This document shows positions 1-9,425 of a stretch of DNA of 64,000 nt, piece after piece. Position 1 is the first letter of the stretch, and each line of letters starts with the position of its first letter. The position numbers and the translations under genes are program-made. Location: the NCBI GenBank assembly GCA_965222605.1, contig OZ244960.1, positions 4,608,001 through 4,672,000 on the forward strand. Direction: 5' to 3'. The DNA is from Candidatus Latescibacterota bacterium (lineage in GTDB: Bacteria > Latescibacterota > UBA2968). Under the pieces are notes generated by a model. It made no database searches and was not told the origin of the DNA. It was given only the letters and a program-made list of their open reading frames with translations.

Positions 1-2
1 AT

Positions 3-662
3 AACAATGATGAGAATGAGAGCGAATATGCTATTTCTGGGGCTTATGCGTTCAATATTACCCGTCGGATTGCGGCGGGAGCCACCGTCAAGCTGGTACA
101 TCGTGACTATTTCAAATATGTTCGGGATGGTTTTTTTGATGAATATCCTGACACAACTGAAAAATATATTCACAATTTTTTTGTTTTTGATGTGGGCGCG
201 TATTCCGTGGGGGTTCAGAATCTGGTTATGGCACTGAGCGTGCATAACTTGAGTTCGGGTGGGTTAGGCAAGCCAGAGGAGTTGGAGCTTCCAAAGATTA
301 TCCGTCTGGGGGTGCTCATTGATGTGATTTCGCTGACGGGTATGAGGCCCTTGCCACATATGCTGGACCTGGTCCTGGATGTGAATACAGAGATCAATTT
401 CGACGAGGCTGTTGAACTGAATATGGGCATGGAATATACGTATTTGTACCGGGCTGCGAGCTATTCCTTAGGCGTCTCGCTGCGAGGAGGACGAAGATCC
501 AGAGGGTCCTGGAGTTCTGCAAATCCCATTACCTGGGGAGGTGGATTGCAGTTTAAGACCAACGGAGGTCGAGGTGTAAAGGTGGATTACGCAAGAAAGT
601 CCTTTAATTATCGTATCGAGGATCCGCAAGTGCATATCTTCAGCGTTGCTTTCAATTTTTAG
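3..662 (+). CDS. PorV/PorQ-like outer membrane beta-barrel protein, 5' partial
   Basis: The frame of ORF 192..662 is open back to base 3 (NNDENESEYAISGAYAFNITRRIAAGATVKLVH...FDVGAY...LPKIIRLG...HIFSVAFNF). It has an alternating beta-strand pattern and a C-terminal Phe. Confidence 0.65.
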   Translation, partial: NNDENESEYAISGAYAFNITRRIAAGATVKLVHRDYFKYVRDGFFDEYPDTTEKYIHNFFVFDVGAYSVGVQNLVMALSVHNLSSGGLGKPEELELPKIIRLGVLIDVISLTGMRPLPHMLDLVLDVNTEINFDEAVELNMGMEYTYLYRAASYSLGVSLRGGRRSRGSWSSANPITWGGGLQFKTNGGRGVKVDYARKSFNYRIEDPQVHIFSVAFNF

Positions 663-695
663 AGCGTGGTTCACTGATTCGGAAGGGGGGAACTC

Positions 696-1631
696 ATGGT
701 GCGAATAGCTGCAATCGTTTTGGTGCTAAGCGTGTCCTTGCCACAGGTACTGTTGGCAGGGGTAGTCCTTAAATCCGGTGAGATTGACAGCAGAAAGGTT
801 GAAGTCGGAGCCTATGCCGAAGTCATCTATGGGACGGGTGAGCGGCATCTACTCTCAGGAGAGTGGAAGAAACTGGAGACTGTAAGAGGATACATTAAAG
901 CCGTTGATGCGGAGACTTTGACCATTGGACGCGGTTTTTGGAAGGGGCAGATAGCCTTTGATAGCATACAAAAGCTGATCCTTGCAGAGTCTGACCGCGA
1001 AATAGACAGGCTTAAAGAGACGACTGATTCGCTTTCTGTAAGGAAAGAGAACAGGCGTGGAACTGGGCTAATGTTTGAAGTCGGCTGGAACCAGGGAATC
1101 AACACATCCTCTCGAAACATCTTCTCAGGATATCCTTCCTACCTTGACCGCAGACAGAAATCACAAGAAGGACTACCCTGGTCTTTATCTTTTTATCTTG
1201 GCCGTATGATTTCGAGTGAGAGATCTTCGCGATTTGGACTGAAATATACTCGTCAAGTAGTGCAGATATTACCAATAAATCCCAATGGCTTTCCCCCTGA
1301 GCCCAGAGATGGCAAAACATATAAGTCATTATCGCTGTTGCTGGTTTACCAACGTGTCGTTAAACGTAGCCCGCGTGTTGTCATGCTCGCAGATTTTGCA
1401 GTAGGTATAGCATTGATAAACAACTATTTCAATAGCGACAGCCCCTGTAACTACTTGTGGGACTGCATTCCTGAAATCGGTTCACGCTACTCTGCCGGGA
1501 TGGCATTTCTACTGCCCAGTAACGCACATATCGGTCTGCAAGCCACTGTGCGAGCAGACTTACTGAGGGTAAAACATAAGTATCCTTTCACTTCGGGAAT
1601 GTCAGTGGCATTTGGACTCCTGTGGGAGTAG
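696..1631 (+). CDS. hypothetical exported protein (signal peptide, small N-terminal beta domain, barrel-like C-terminus)
   Basis: 311-aa ORF with purine-rich RBS (GGAAGGGGGG) and hydrophobic signal MVRIAAIVLVLSVSLPQVLLA; ends SVAFGLLWE. Confidence 0.7.
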   Translation: MVRIAAIVLVLSVSLPQVLLAGVVLKSGEIDSRKVEVGAYAEVIYGTGERHLLSGEWKKLETVRGYIKAVDAETLTIGRGFWKGQIAFDSIQKLILAESDREIDRLKETTDSLSVRKENRRGTGLMFEVGWNQGINTSSRNIFSGYPSYLDRRQKSQEGLPWSLSFYLGRMISSERSSRFGLKYTRQVVQILPINPNGFPPEPRDGKTYKSLSLLLVYQRVVKRSPRVVMLADFAVGIALINNYFNSDSPCNYLWDCIPEIGSRYSAGMAFLLPSNAHIGLQATVRADLLRVKHKYPFTSGMSVAFGLLWE

Positions 1632-1648
1632 AGATATTATCCCACATT

Positions 1649-1915
1649 TTACACACGCTGTTTGGCTGGCCGCGCTGGCACGCCCATCAACATGCCTTCT
1701 GCGCTGATGTCTTCATCAATATCCGGCCAATGAACGCCCTGACCGTCGCCGATAAATTCATAGTTTGCACGTTGAGCAGGTGTTGCGTCTGCAAGTCGCC
1801 AGGACCAAACGAGCGGTACGCTGATTGTTCGACCATCCACCAAATCCGCGATGATCAATTCCTCAGTGATCTTGATGGCTTTGATGCGAGGTTCCGTATT
1901 ATTCACAGTGTTCAC
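1649..1915 (-). CDS. DUF2442 domain protein (putative antitoxin)
   Basis: LVDGRTISVPLVWSWRLADATPAQRANYEFIGDGQGVHWPDIDEDIS is the DUF2442 signature. Confidence 0.9.
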   Translation of the reverse strand: MNTVNNTEPRIKAIKITEELIIADLVDGRTISVPLVWSWRLADATPAQRANYEFIGDGQGVHWPDIDEDISAEGMLMGVPARPAKQRV

Positions 1916-1976
1916 GCCATGCCTCCAAAATTATCACGTAGTGCGATTGGATCAACCGCCGGATTTCATTCAATTT
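1899..1976 (-). pseudogene. C-terminal remnant of DUF4160 partner gene
   Basis: Minus strand reads KLNEIRRLIQSHYVIILEAWREHCE*, overlapping the DUF2442 start as in DUF4160-DUF2442 pairs. There is no N-terminus; modA ends at 1978. Confidence 0.7.
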
Positions 1977-1977
1977 T

Positions 1978-2745
1978 TTAAAATCCCAAAGCCAACACTC
2001 GGAATCCATACCGCTGAAAGATCGCAGCCGCTGTGTCTGATTGAAAAAAGCGCATGGCGGTATCGACTGCTGGTGTGTGTCGTCCTTTTACAATGGCGAT
2101 GGGATATACAATGGGCGTGCTCAATAGGGAATCGGGGAGTGTGGCAATTACCGCGACGCCATCGCTGATTGTCGCGTCTGTGGCATAGACAATGCCGGCT
2201 GCACATTCTCCGCGGGCGACCAGCGTGAGTGCGCCGCGCACATCCATTGCCGGGGCGATGCGGTTTTTGAGCAATGCCCACCAGCCCAATTTTTTCAGGG
2301 CTTCTACGGCGTAGATACCCGCAGGCACATGAGACGGATCGCCCAGTGCCAATTGTCCTTCGAATGCGCTGGAGAAGTCAAAGTCCGCCTGGATTTTGAC
2401 TTCGAATTTTTCATCCTCTGGTGCGATAATTACCAGGGCGTTGCCCAGCAGGTTGATTCGGGTATCGGGTTCGAGCAATTTTTCTCTCGCTAAAAAATCC
2501 ATCCATTTTATATTTGCCGATAGATATATATCCGCAGGCGCGCCCTGGGCTATCTGTTTGGCGAGGATCGAAGAACCGGCAAAAGACAGTCGCAGGGATA
2601 TGCCCTGTTTTTCTGCGGTTTTGGAGAGGTCTTGCAAAGCACTTGTCAAACTGGCCGCAGCATATACGGTCACGGGTTCGGCAAGGGCGATTCCGCGCGT
2701 TGAGAGGCAGGTTGTGATGAAGATGTAGATGAATAGGTGTTTCAT
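1978..2745 (-). CDS. modA: molybdate ABC transporter substrate-binding protein
   Basis: Signal peptide; VYAAASL, FAGSSILAKQIAQGAPADIYLSA, GDPSHVPAGIYA, GIVYATDA motifs. Confidence 0.95.
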   Translation of the reverse strand: MKHLFIYIFITTCLSTRGIALAEPVTVYAAASLTSALQDLSKTAEKQGISLRLSFAGSSILAKQIAQGAPADIYLSANIKWMDFLAREKLLEPDTRINLLGNALVIIAPEDEKFEVKIQADFDFSSAFEGQLALGDPSHVPAGIYAVEALKKLGWWALLKNRIAPAMDVRGALTLVARGECAAGIVYATDATISDGVAVIATLPDSLLSTPIVYPIAIVKGRHTPAVDTAMRFFQSDTAAAIFQRYGFRVLALGF

Positions 2746-2783
2746 ATGATATTCCGGTTGGAGATTGGGAGTTGAGTGGGCGG

Positions 2784-2807
2784 GCTGACCGCTGACTGCT
2801 GACCGCT
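2784..2807. repeat. heptamer tandem repeat GCTGAC(C/T) x3.4
   Basis: gctgacc gctgact gctgacc gct, just upstream of the RBS of the SGNH gene. Confidence 0.85.
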
Positions 2808-2822
2808 TACAAGGAGAATAGA

Positions 2823-3470
2823 ATGTCCGATTTTTGGATTCAAGATAGCGAGACGATGTTGCTTATTGGCGATAGTATTACGGATTGTGGCCGGCGGGCG
2901 GCTGAGGCACCGCTGGGCAGTGGGTATGTGCGGGCGTTTACAGAAATGGTGACCGCGCAGTTTCCCGAGCGAAATATCGAATATATCAATAAGGGTATTG
3001 GCGGCAATCGCGTGACGCATTTGCACGAGCGCTGGCGAGAAGACGTGATTGATCACGCGCCGGATAAGTTGTCGATTAAGATCGGGATCAATGATTTGCA
3101 CAGCCTTTTGCGACAGGCGGAAAATGCGGTTCCGCCCGCGCGATTTGAAGCGTTGTACGATGCTATTCTGGATACGACACAACGGGAGATCGGATGTCCA
3201 ATCGTGCTGATTACGCCGTTTTATATTTCGACAGATACATCTGGTCAGACGTTTCAGAGCGAGGTCATGGCATTGATTCCAGAATATATTGGCATTGTGG
3301 AAAAGATGAGCGAAAAGTACGGGACAAAGCTGTTGCGGTTGCACGATCTCTTCCAGATGCATTTGAAATATAGAGATTCAGAGACTTTCTGTCCAGAGCC
3401 TGTGCATCCCAATCGCGCAGGGCACTTTATCATTGCAGATGCGTTATTTAAGACGCTGTGTGAGGCGTGA
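2823..3470 (+). CDS. SGNH/GDSL hydrolase
   Basis: GDSITD, NKGIGGN, GIND, EPVHPNRAGH blocks; AAGGAG RBS. Confidence 0.92.
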   Translation: MSDFWIQDSETMLLIGDSITDCGRRAAEAPLGSGYVRAFTEMVTAQFPERNIEYINKGIGGNRVTHLHERWREDVIDHAPDKLSIKIGINDLHSLLRQAENAVPPARFEALYDAILDTTQREIGCPIVLITPFYISTDTSGQTFQSEVMALIPEYIGIVEKMSEKYGTKLLRLHDLFQMHLKYRDSETFCPEPVHPNRAGHFIIADALFKTLCEA

Positions 3471-3530
3471 GAGGTGAGACTGAGGGGCATACCATATCAG
3501 TTTTTTTTAATTGCCAGAGGAGGCACATCA

Positions 3531-4616
3531 ATGGACAAGCTCAAAATTGCACATATCGGCACAGGGAATCGTGGAACAGGCGTGTACCTTCCGCTCATCG
3601 CCAAGTTGAAGGACGACCTTGAACTCGTCGCCGTTTGCGATGTAAGCGAAGATTCCGTCAAAGCGCAGGGCGCAAAGTATAACGTCGCTGCATACACAGA
3701 CACCGCTGAGATGCTGGAGAAAGAGAAGCCAGATATCTGCTCCATCGTAATTACGCCAGGCAATAATCATATCCCGGGGCTGTTGTGCTCTGAACATGGC
3801 GTGAGTTACTGCACCGAGACGCCGATCGACACAGACCTCGGCTGGTCGGACAAGATGATCGAGTCCGCAAAGCAGCACGGGACGAAGATTGAGGTCAACG
3901 AAAACTATTATCGTGTGCCATCGGAACGGATTAAACGCGAGATGATTCTGGCGGGTGTATTCGGCAAAATCAACGTTGCCTACAACGAATTTCGCGGACA
4001 CGGGTATCACGGGGTCGGCTTGATTCGCAGTTACGTCGGATTTGATAACGAACCCCTTCGCGTGTTCGGTTTGCGAAAGAGCTTCACAGTGCAGGAGCAC
4101 ATCTGGCGGCAAGGTCAGCCGACACGCGACTCAGAGGATTGGCAACAAGGCATCATCGAATTTACCGATGGCGCGGTCGGGGTATTCAATTTCAGCAGTT
4201 TGTCTTACGGTTCGCCGCTTCGCGGTTTCAACGGCACGAAGTTCTATGCCGAGCGTGGGATGTGCTTCCGCGATGAAGCGGTCATTCTGAACGACTCCGC
4301 CGATGGGCAACGCAAAATCACGGTCGCCCGCAAAACCAACGATGTTGATGGGTTTGAGACCCTCGCCGCACTCGTGGCGGATACAACGCCGGAAGTGGTG
4401 TGGGAAAATCCGTTGCAAAATTATCCGCTCAGTGATGGCGAAATTACCGTTGCGTCAGAACTGATGAGTATCGCAAATGCCGTTCGCAACGACACCGAGC
4501 CCGAATATGGGGCTTACAATGGTCGTAAGGACCGGGAGATTGACGTGGCGATGGCGAAATCGTGGGCAAACGATGGTGAACCTGTGACGTTCCCACTTGA
4601 ATACGAGCGGCGATAA
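3531..4616 (+). CDS. Gfo/Idh/MocA family oxidoreductase
   Basis: IAHIGTGNRG Rossmann motif, AVCD, CTETP (EKP variant); start placed at the ATG after GGAGG. Confidence 0.88.
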   Translation: MDKLKIAHIGTGNRGTGVYLPLIAKLKDDLELVAVCDVSEDSVKAQGAKYNVAAYTDTAEMLEKEKPDICSIVITPGNNHIPGLLCSEHGVSYCTETPIDTDLGWSDKMIESAKQHGTKIEVNENYYRVPSERIKREMILAGVFGKINVAYNEFRGHGYHGVGLIRSYVGFDNEPLRVFGLRKSFTVQEHIWRQGQPTRDSEDWQQGIIEFTDGAVGVFNFSSLSYGSPLRGFNGTKFYAERGMCFRDEAVILNDSADGQRKITVARKTNDVDGFETLAALVADTTPEVVWENPLQNYPLSDGEITVASELMSIANAVRNDTEPEYGAYNGRKDREIDVAMAKSWANDGEPVTFPLEYERR

Positions 4617-4618
4617 AG

Positions 4619-5914
4619 TTAGCTCAGCTTTTTTAGCCGTTCTGCTGCTTCGCTCAGGCTGTTGAGGGTGCGGCAGAAGGCAAATCGCAAATACCGGTCG
4701 CCTTCGTTGCCCGTTGCGTAGAAGTTGTCGCCGGGTACAGGGGTGACACCGATTTCCCGGGTCATGTACAGGGCTGCATCGGTTGGGTTCATGTCGCATA
4801 AGGTGGGGACGGAGCGGTAATCGGCAAAGAGGTAGTAGGAGCCGTCGGGTGGGGTGATTTTGAAACCGGTGGATCGGAGCGCGTTGAGGAGCAGGTTCCG
4901 TTTTTGCAAGAATGGTTTGTAAATATTTTTGAAGATGGCGTCGGGCAACCGCAACAGGTGCTCGGCGCCTTTTTGCAATGGGGTGGGGGCTTGTACGACG
5001 AGGGTATCGTGTATGGCGCGAATTCGCGGGGTGTGTTGTTCGGACGATATGACCCAGCCGACGCGCCAGCCGCTGGCGTTGGCGGTTTTGGTGATGGCGT
5101 TAATGACAAAGGTGCGTTCGGCCATGCCGGCGAGCGTTGCGGGGCAGATGTGGATGCTATCGCCGTAGAGGATGTGTTCGTAGATTTCGTCGGTGATTAA
5201 AAACAGGTCGCGTTTGCAGCAGAGGTCTGCGATGAAGGCGAGTTCTGCTTCGGAAAAGACTTTGCCCGTGGGATTGTGTGGTGTGTTGAGGATGAGGGCG
5301 CGCGCGCGTTTTGCCGCGGTAGTCCATTCGTCTTTGTCGATTGCCCATCCATCGCGATTTTCGCGCAGGGTGACATATTCGCAACGCAGCCCAAAAAGGC
5401 TGGCCTGGTTGGGATACATTTCGTGAAAGGGCTGTAAGACGATGACGCTATCGCCTGGATTGCACAGGGCGCGAAGTGTTGAGGATAGTCCTTCGGTCGC
5501 GCCTGCTGTGACGGTTATTTGCGTTTCGGGATTGGGGCGAAAGGCATAGAATCGCCGGGTGTAGTCTGCAATGGCTTCCCGAAGTTCGGGCAATCCGTAG
5601 GGAAAGGAATACTGGTTGTAGCGGTCGTGCTCGGGTTGGAGGATGGCACAGAGGTCTTTGAGAGAACGGTTATCGTTCCCCTGGTTGTGCGAGAGGAGGT
5701 CGCGGAGGGTGAGAGATTGCAATTGCTCGGTGCCCTCATCGGAGCCACCCAGAATGGCGGCGATGCCCGCCCAGGCGAGGTCGTAGAGCACGGGTTCGTC
5801 TGTGATCCCCTGCGAGAGATTTACGGCATTGTGCTCAAGGGATAGGCGGGTCATGCGCCGGATAACGGATTCTTGCGGGGAAGAACCTCTTATCCCAGCA
5901 ATTTCTGTTCCCAT
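4619..5914 (-). CDS. PLP-dependent class I/II aminotransferase
   Basis: NLSQG, NTPHNPTGKV, TDEIY, ITKT...GWRVG (PLP Lys), LRFAFC. Confidence 0.92.
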   Translation of the reverse strand: MGTEIAGIRGSSPQESVIRRMTRLSLEHNAVNLSQGITDEPVLYDLAWAGIAAILGGSDEGTEQLQSLTLRDLLSHNQGNDNRSLKDLCAILQPEHDRYNQYSFPYGLPELREAIADYTRRFYAFRPNPETQITVTAGATEGLSSTLRALCNPGDSVIVLQPFHEMYPNQASLFGLRCEYVTLRENRDGWAIDKDEWTTAAKRARALILNTPHNPTGKVFSEAELAFIADLCCKRDLFLITDEIYEHILYGDSIHICPATLAGMAERTFVINAITKTANASGWRVGWVISSEQHTPRIRAIHDTLVVQAPTPLQKGAEHLLRLPDAIFKNIYKPFLQKRNLLLNALRSTGFKITPPDGSYYLFADYRSVPTLCDMNPTDAALYMTREIGVTPVPGDNFYATGNEGDRYLRFAFCRTLNSLSEAAERLKKLS

Positions 5915-7251
5915 ATTTTTATGTATTCTTCGGGCGATAGCTGGTCGTCCATTCCTTTCTGATGTTTGGCGTACATGTCTTCTGCTTGTGCTGCGATGAC
6001 CGCCGCATCTTCGGGAATTTCACCCTGGTCGCCATAGGTTTCAATCCAGTTGTCGAGGCGTGTGCTAAGGTCGTTGAGTACGTTTTGATGATCTTCTGAC
6101 TCTGCGAGGTTTTCGACTTCGTGGGGATCGGCTTGCAGGTCGTAGAGTTCTTCGTAAGGGCGATAGGGCGCGAGGAATTTTGCCTGTGCTTCGGTGAGTT
6201 TGCCTTCTTTGTCGAGTAGAGGCAGAAGTGTCCAGAGGGGGTATTGCTGGTATTTGTAGCGGTTGAATTGCATGTAGGGGCGATCGGGGTGGTAGTTGCG
6301 TATGTATTTGTAATTTTTGGTGCGTACGCAGCGGATGCGATCTACTGTGCCGTCACAGCGGTCGCGTGCAGAGAAGATTTCGTTGCGGGATTTGGCATCG
6401 GGACCGAGGAAGATGTTGCCCTCCATTTCTGGGGGGATGTCTAAACCCGCGAGCGAGAGCGAGGTGGGGGCAAAGTCTATGCCGCTGACGAGTTCATCGC
6501 TGACGACGCCTGCGTCAATGTGTCCGGGCCAGCGCACAATGCAGGGTATGCCAATGCCGCCGTCGTAGAGGAATTGTTTGTCGCGTATATGCGCGCGTCC
6601 GTGATCCGCAATGATGAAGACAATGGTGTTGTCGGCTAAGCCTTCGTCTTCAAGACGCTGGAGCACCTGTCCGACTTTGCGGTCGAAGACCTGAACGCTT
6701 TCGAGATACATGGCCCAGTCTTTTCTGATGAGGGGATGATCGGGATAATAAGGCGGTATTTCTACGGCATCGGGATCGACGGGGTTTTGCGGGTCGGGCG
6801 TGAAGTTGCGATGGGTGTCTGTGATGTTGTTCTGGGCGTAAAAGGGTTGGCCTTCGGCGCGTTGGGTCCAGTCGATGCCGTCAAAGACGCCATTGCGCTG
6901 GAAGTTGAAGTCGGTTTTGCCGGATTTGTCGAAGGGCGGTCCCGGGCTGTTGCAGGTGTAATAGCCCGCATCGCGGAAGTAGTCGGTGATGAGTCGAATG
7001 TGTTCGGGCAATGGGGTGTCGCGTTTGCTGCGATGATTGTGCGCGCCAAAGCTGGTTTGATGGCGGCCGGTGATGATGGCCGATCTGCTTGGGGAACACA
7101 CCGGACAGGTGACAAACGCATTTGTAAATAGCGTGCCTTCCGAAGCGAATTTGTCGATGTTGGGTGTTTGCACGACTGGCGTGCCATAACAGGCGAGGTT
7201 GGGATAGAGGTCTTCGCCATAGATCCAGAGGATATTGGGTTTATTGGGCAT
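5890..7251 (-). CDS. formylglycine-dependent sulfatase
   Basis: KPNILWI; CSPSRSAIITG (CxPxR); ADHG; ELYDLQADPHE. Confidence 0.95.
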   Translation of the reverse strand: MPNKPNILWIYGEDLYPNLACYGTPVVQTPNIDKFASEGTLFTNAFVTCPVCSPSRSAIITGRHQTSFGAHNHRSKRDTPLPEHIRLITDYFRDAGYYTCNSPGPPFDKSGKTDFNFQRNGVFDGIDWTQRAEGQPFYAQNNITDTHRNFTPDPQNPVDPDAVEIPPYYPDHPLIRKDWAMYLESVQVFDRKVGQVLQRLEDEGLADNTIVFIIADHGRAHIRDKQFLYDGGIGIPCIVRWPGHIDAGVVSDELVSGIDFAPTSLSLAGLDIPPEMEGNIFLGPDAKSRNEIFSARDRCDGTVDRIRCVRTKNYKYIRNYHPDRPYMQFNRYKYQQYPLWTLLPLLDKEGKLTEAQAKFLAPYRPYEELYDLQADPHEVENLAESEDHQNVLNDLSTRLDNWIETYGDQGEIPEDAAVIAAQAEDMYAKHQKGMDDQLSPEEYIKIWEQKLLG

Positions 7252-7295
7252 TGTGAGAGATCCATTCGTAAATGTGGTTCTGGTGATCGGATAAT

Positions 7296-7323
7296 GTAGG
7301 GGCAGGTCCCTGTGCCTGCCCGT
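7296..7323 (+). repeat. GTAG-type REP hairpin
   Basis: GTAG GGGCAGG tccctgtg CCTGCCC gt; related copies at 14247, 50337 and 63344. Confidence 0.8.
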
Positions 7324-7337
7324 CAGGTAGCTGAAGG

Positions 7338-8141
7338 TTATCGCGCGTCGCACGCTTGTAGCGATGCCTGCATGTGCCCGCGGGTTTCCGCACCGATGAT
7401 GCAGCACTGTTCCAGGCTGTATCCCTTGGCTTTGGTGCCGATGACTTCGAGGTTGACGGGTCCGTCGTAACCGTTTTCGTGCAGGACGCGGATATAACCG
7501 ACGAGGTCGATGTCGCCGCGGCCGTTGGCCTGGTTTTCGGGGTCGCCAGGGCCGCGTTCGCGCCCTTTGCAGTCGCGGATGTGGACGTGTTTGACGCGCG
7601 AGACGACGGCTGCGATAGCTTCTACTGGATTTTCGTTTGCGCGGTGGATGTGCGAGGGGTCCATGTCAATGCCAAAGGCGGGGGATGAGATGGCTTCCAT
7701 TGCCCGCAGGGTGGTTGGGGTGTTGTAGATGGCGGCACCCACATGGGCTTTGACGCAGAGGGTTACGCCGTATTTTTCGGCCATGTCGGCGAGGCTGCCG
7801 AGGGAATCGATGCTTTGTTGGAAGGTTTCTTCGTCATCTGATTTTCCACCCGGACCGCAATTGACGACGGGAATGCCGGCTTCGTTTGCCGCTTGAAATG
7901 CTTTTTCCATTGTGTCGGGGTCTTGCCTGGGTTGCTCCATGGCGAGGAGTTCGAGGCCGTATTCACGTCCCAGACGCCTGGCTTCCCGGGCTGTTTCGCG
8001 CCAGTTGTCGAGAACGAGGTGCTGGCTCATGCCGCCAATTGCCGCGACTTCTATGCCGTCGTATCCGGCCATGGCGGTGTACTTAAAAGCGGTTTCCATG
8101 TCCCACGCGCCAAAAAGAACAGAGTTGAGTCCGAGTTTCAT
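7338..8141 (-). CDS. sugar phosphate isomerase/epimerase (xylose isomerase-like TIM barrel)
   Basis: AGYDGIE, DPSH, KHVHIRD, GRGDID, GYDGPVNLE. Confidence 0.88.
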   Translation of the reverse strand: MKLGLNSVLFGAWDMETAFKYTAMAGYDGIEVAAIGGMSQHLVLDNWRETAREARRLGREYGLELLAMEQPRQDPDTMEKAFQAANEAGIPVVNCGPGGKSDDEETFQQSIDSLGSLADMAEKYGVTLCVKAHVGAAIYNTPTTLRAMEAISSPAFGIDMDPSHIHRANENPVEAIAAVVSRVKHVHIRDCKGRERGPGDPENQANGRGDIDLVGYIRVLHENGYDGPVNLEVIGTKAKGYSLEQCCIIGAETRGHMQASLQACDAR

Positions 8142-8179
8142 GTTTCCTCCTGTAAGGGGTTTGGTGCTGTAACTGATTA

Positions 8180-9232
8180 TTATGACTGCATCGCCGGCAA
8201 GTCTGTTCGCGATCCTCGTACGTCTATCGCTGCTCTGGAGAGCCGAGCCTGGGGTGCTTCGCCATTTAAGATCCGCTCAAAATCATCGCCGATTACTATG
8301 GCGACCTGTAAGTTCGCATCTCGCGTGCGTCCGGCAATATGGGGTGTGTGGACGACATTGACCCGATTGCGCAATAGATCGTCAGTAGGTACTGGCTCGT
8401 TGTCATATACGTCAAATGCGCCAGCGAGTTCATTGGCGATAATGCGTTCCCGCAATGCGTCCATATCGACGGCATGTGCGCGCGTGGTGATTACGACCAG
8501 GCTGCCTTTACGCAACCGATAAATGCGTTCTCGCGATAGGATTTTTGTTGCCGATGGTGTTGGCGGTATGGTGACAACGACTATCTCGCATTCATCTATG
8601 AGGGTGTCCATCTCTACGCCTTCCACGCCCAGTTCATCCAACCGCGATTTTGGAATAAATGGATCGTAGCCCAGCACGCGCGCGCCGAGCGCATTGCACC
8701 ACGACGCCATCCGACCGCCGATTTGTCCCAGTCCCATGACGCCGACTGTTTTGGTTCCCAATGTGCCGTTGACGAAATCTGGGTTGTCGCAAAATTGCGC
8801 GTATTCAAAATTCCACAGGCGTTCTCCCGATGCCATGCGTTTGTGCCACTGTGGTATCATGCGCAGCGCATTTAATGTTAGCGCGAGTGTGATTTCTGCG
8901 ACAGATGCCGCCCACGCGCGCGTGCCATCAATGATGGGGATATCGCGTTCAAACATGCCATCGACTGGAAGAGAGCGATGGCCCCAATTATCCAGCACCC
9001 CTCCCACAGCTTTTAATTCGGGCGCGCGTGCCAAACACGCTTCTGTCAACTTCCCGCCGAATAGCGCGATGGCAGATACATGCGATAAGTCCGTCACTTC
9101 CCCAAGTGGCACGCCGCGTTCCACCTGTACCACGCGCACTTCATCCAATTCATTTAGTCGCGCCATCATTGCCTCTGGCACAAACGGCCACGATCGTTCC
9201 AAATTTTTTGTCCGAGCAAACAAAATCGCCAT
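8180..9232 (-). CDS. D-isomer specific 2-hydroxyacid dehydrogenase
   Basis: VGVMGLGQIG, FDVYDNEP, HTPHIAG. Confidence 0.9.
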   Translation of the reverse strand: MAILFARTKNLERSWPFVPEAMMARLNELDEVRVVQVERGVPLGEVTDLSHVSAIALFGGKLTEACLARAPELKAVGGVLDNWGHRSLPVDGMFERDIPIIDGTRAWAASVAEITLALTLNALRMIPQWHKRMASGERLWNFEYAQFCDNPDFVNGTLGTKTVGVMGLGQIGGRMASWCNALGARVLGYDPFIPKSRLDELGVEGVEMDTLIDECEIVVVTIPPTPSATKILSRERIYRLRKGSLVVITTRAHAVDMDALRERIIANELAGAFDVYDNEPVPTDDLLRNRVNVVHTPHIAGRTRDANLQVAIVIGDDFERILNGEAPQARLSRAAIDVRGSRTDLPAMQS

Positions 9233-9383
9233 TGTCCATCCTTTCTATTGATTATCAAAAATAACGTCATTATTGTTTTTTATAAATAGCAAGATAATGC
9301 GTCTTGCCTGGACAAACAAGACCCAAAAAATGCGGATGCATTGTATGTGTGGAGGGGGGAAACCAACTGCGCTGAGCCTGCAA

Positions 9384-9413
9384 ACGGGTTCGCTCGGAGT
9401 TGGGCGAACCCGT
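9384..9413 (-). terminator. probable intrinsic terminator downstream of the YWTD gene
   Basis: Stem ACGGGTTCGC / GCGAACCCGT just past the stop; U tract is short. Confidence 0.55.
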
Positions 9414-9425
9414 GGTTTTCATAGC

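Noticed and set aside
9248-9275. Fur-like box upstream of the 2-hydroxyacid dehydrogenase
   Set aside because: Only a partial match in AT-rich DNA, with no iron-related context.
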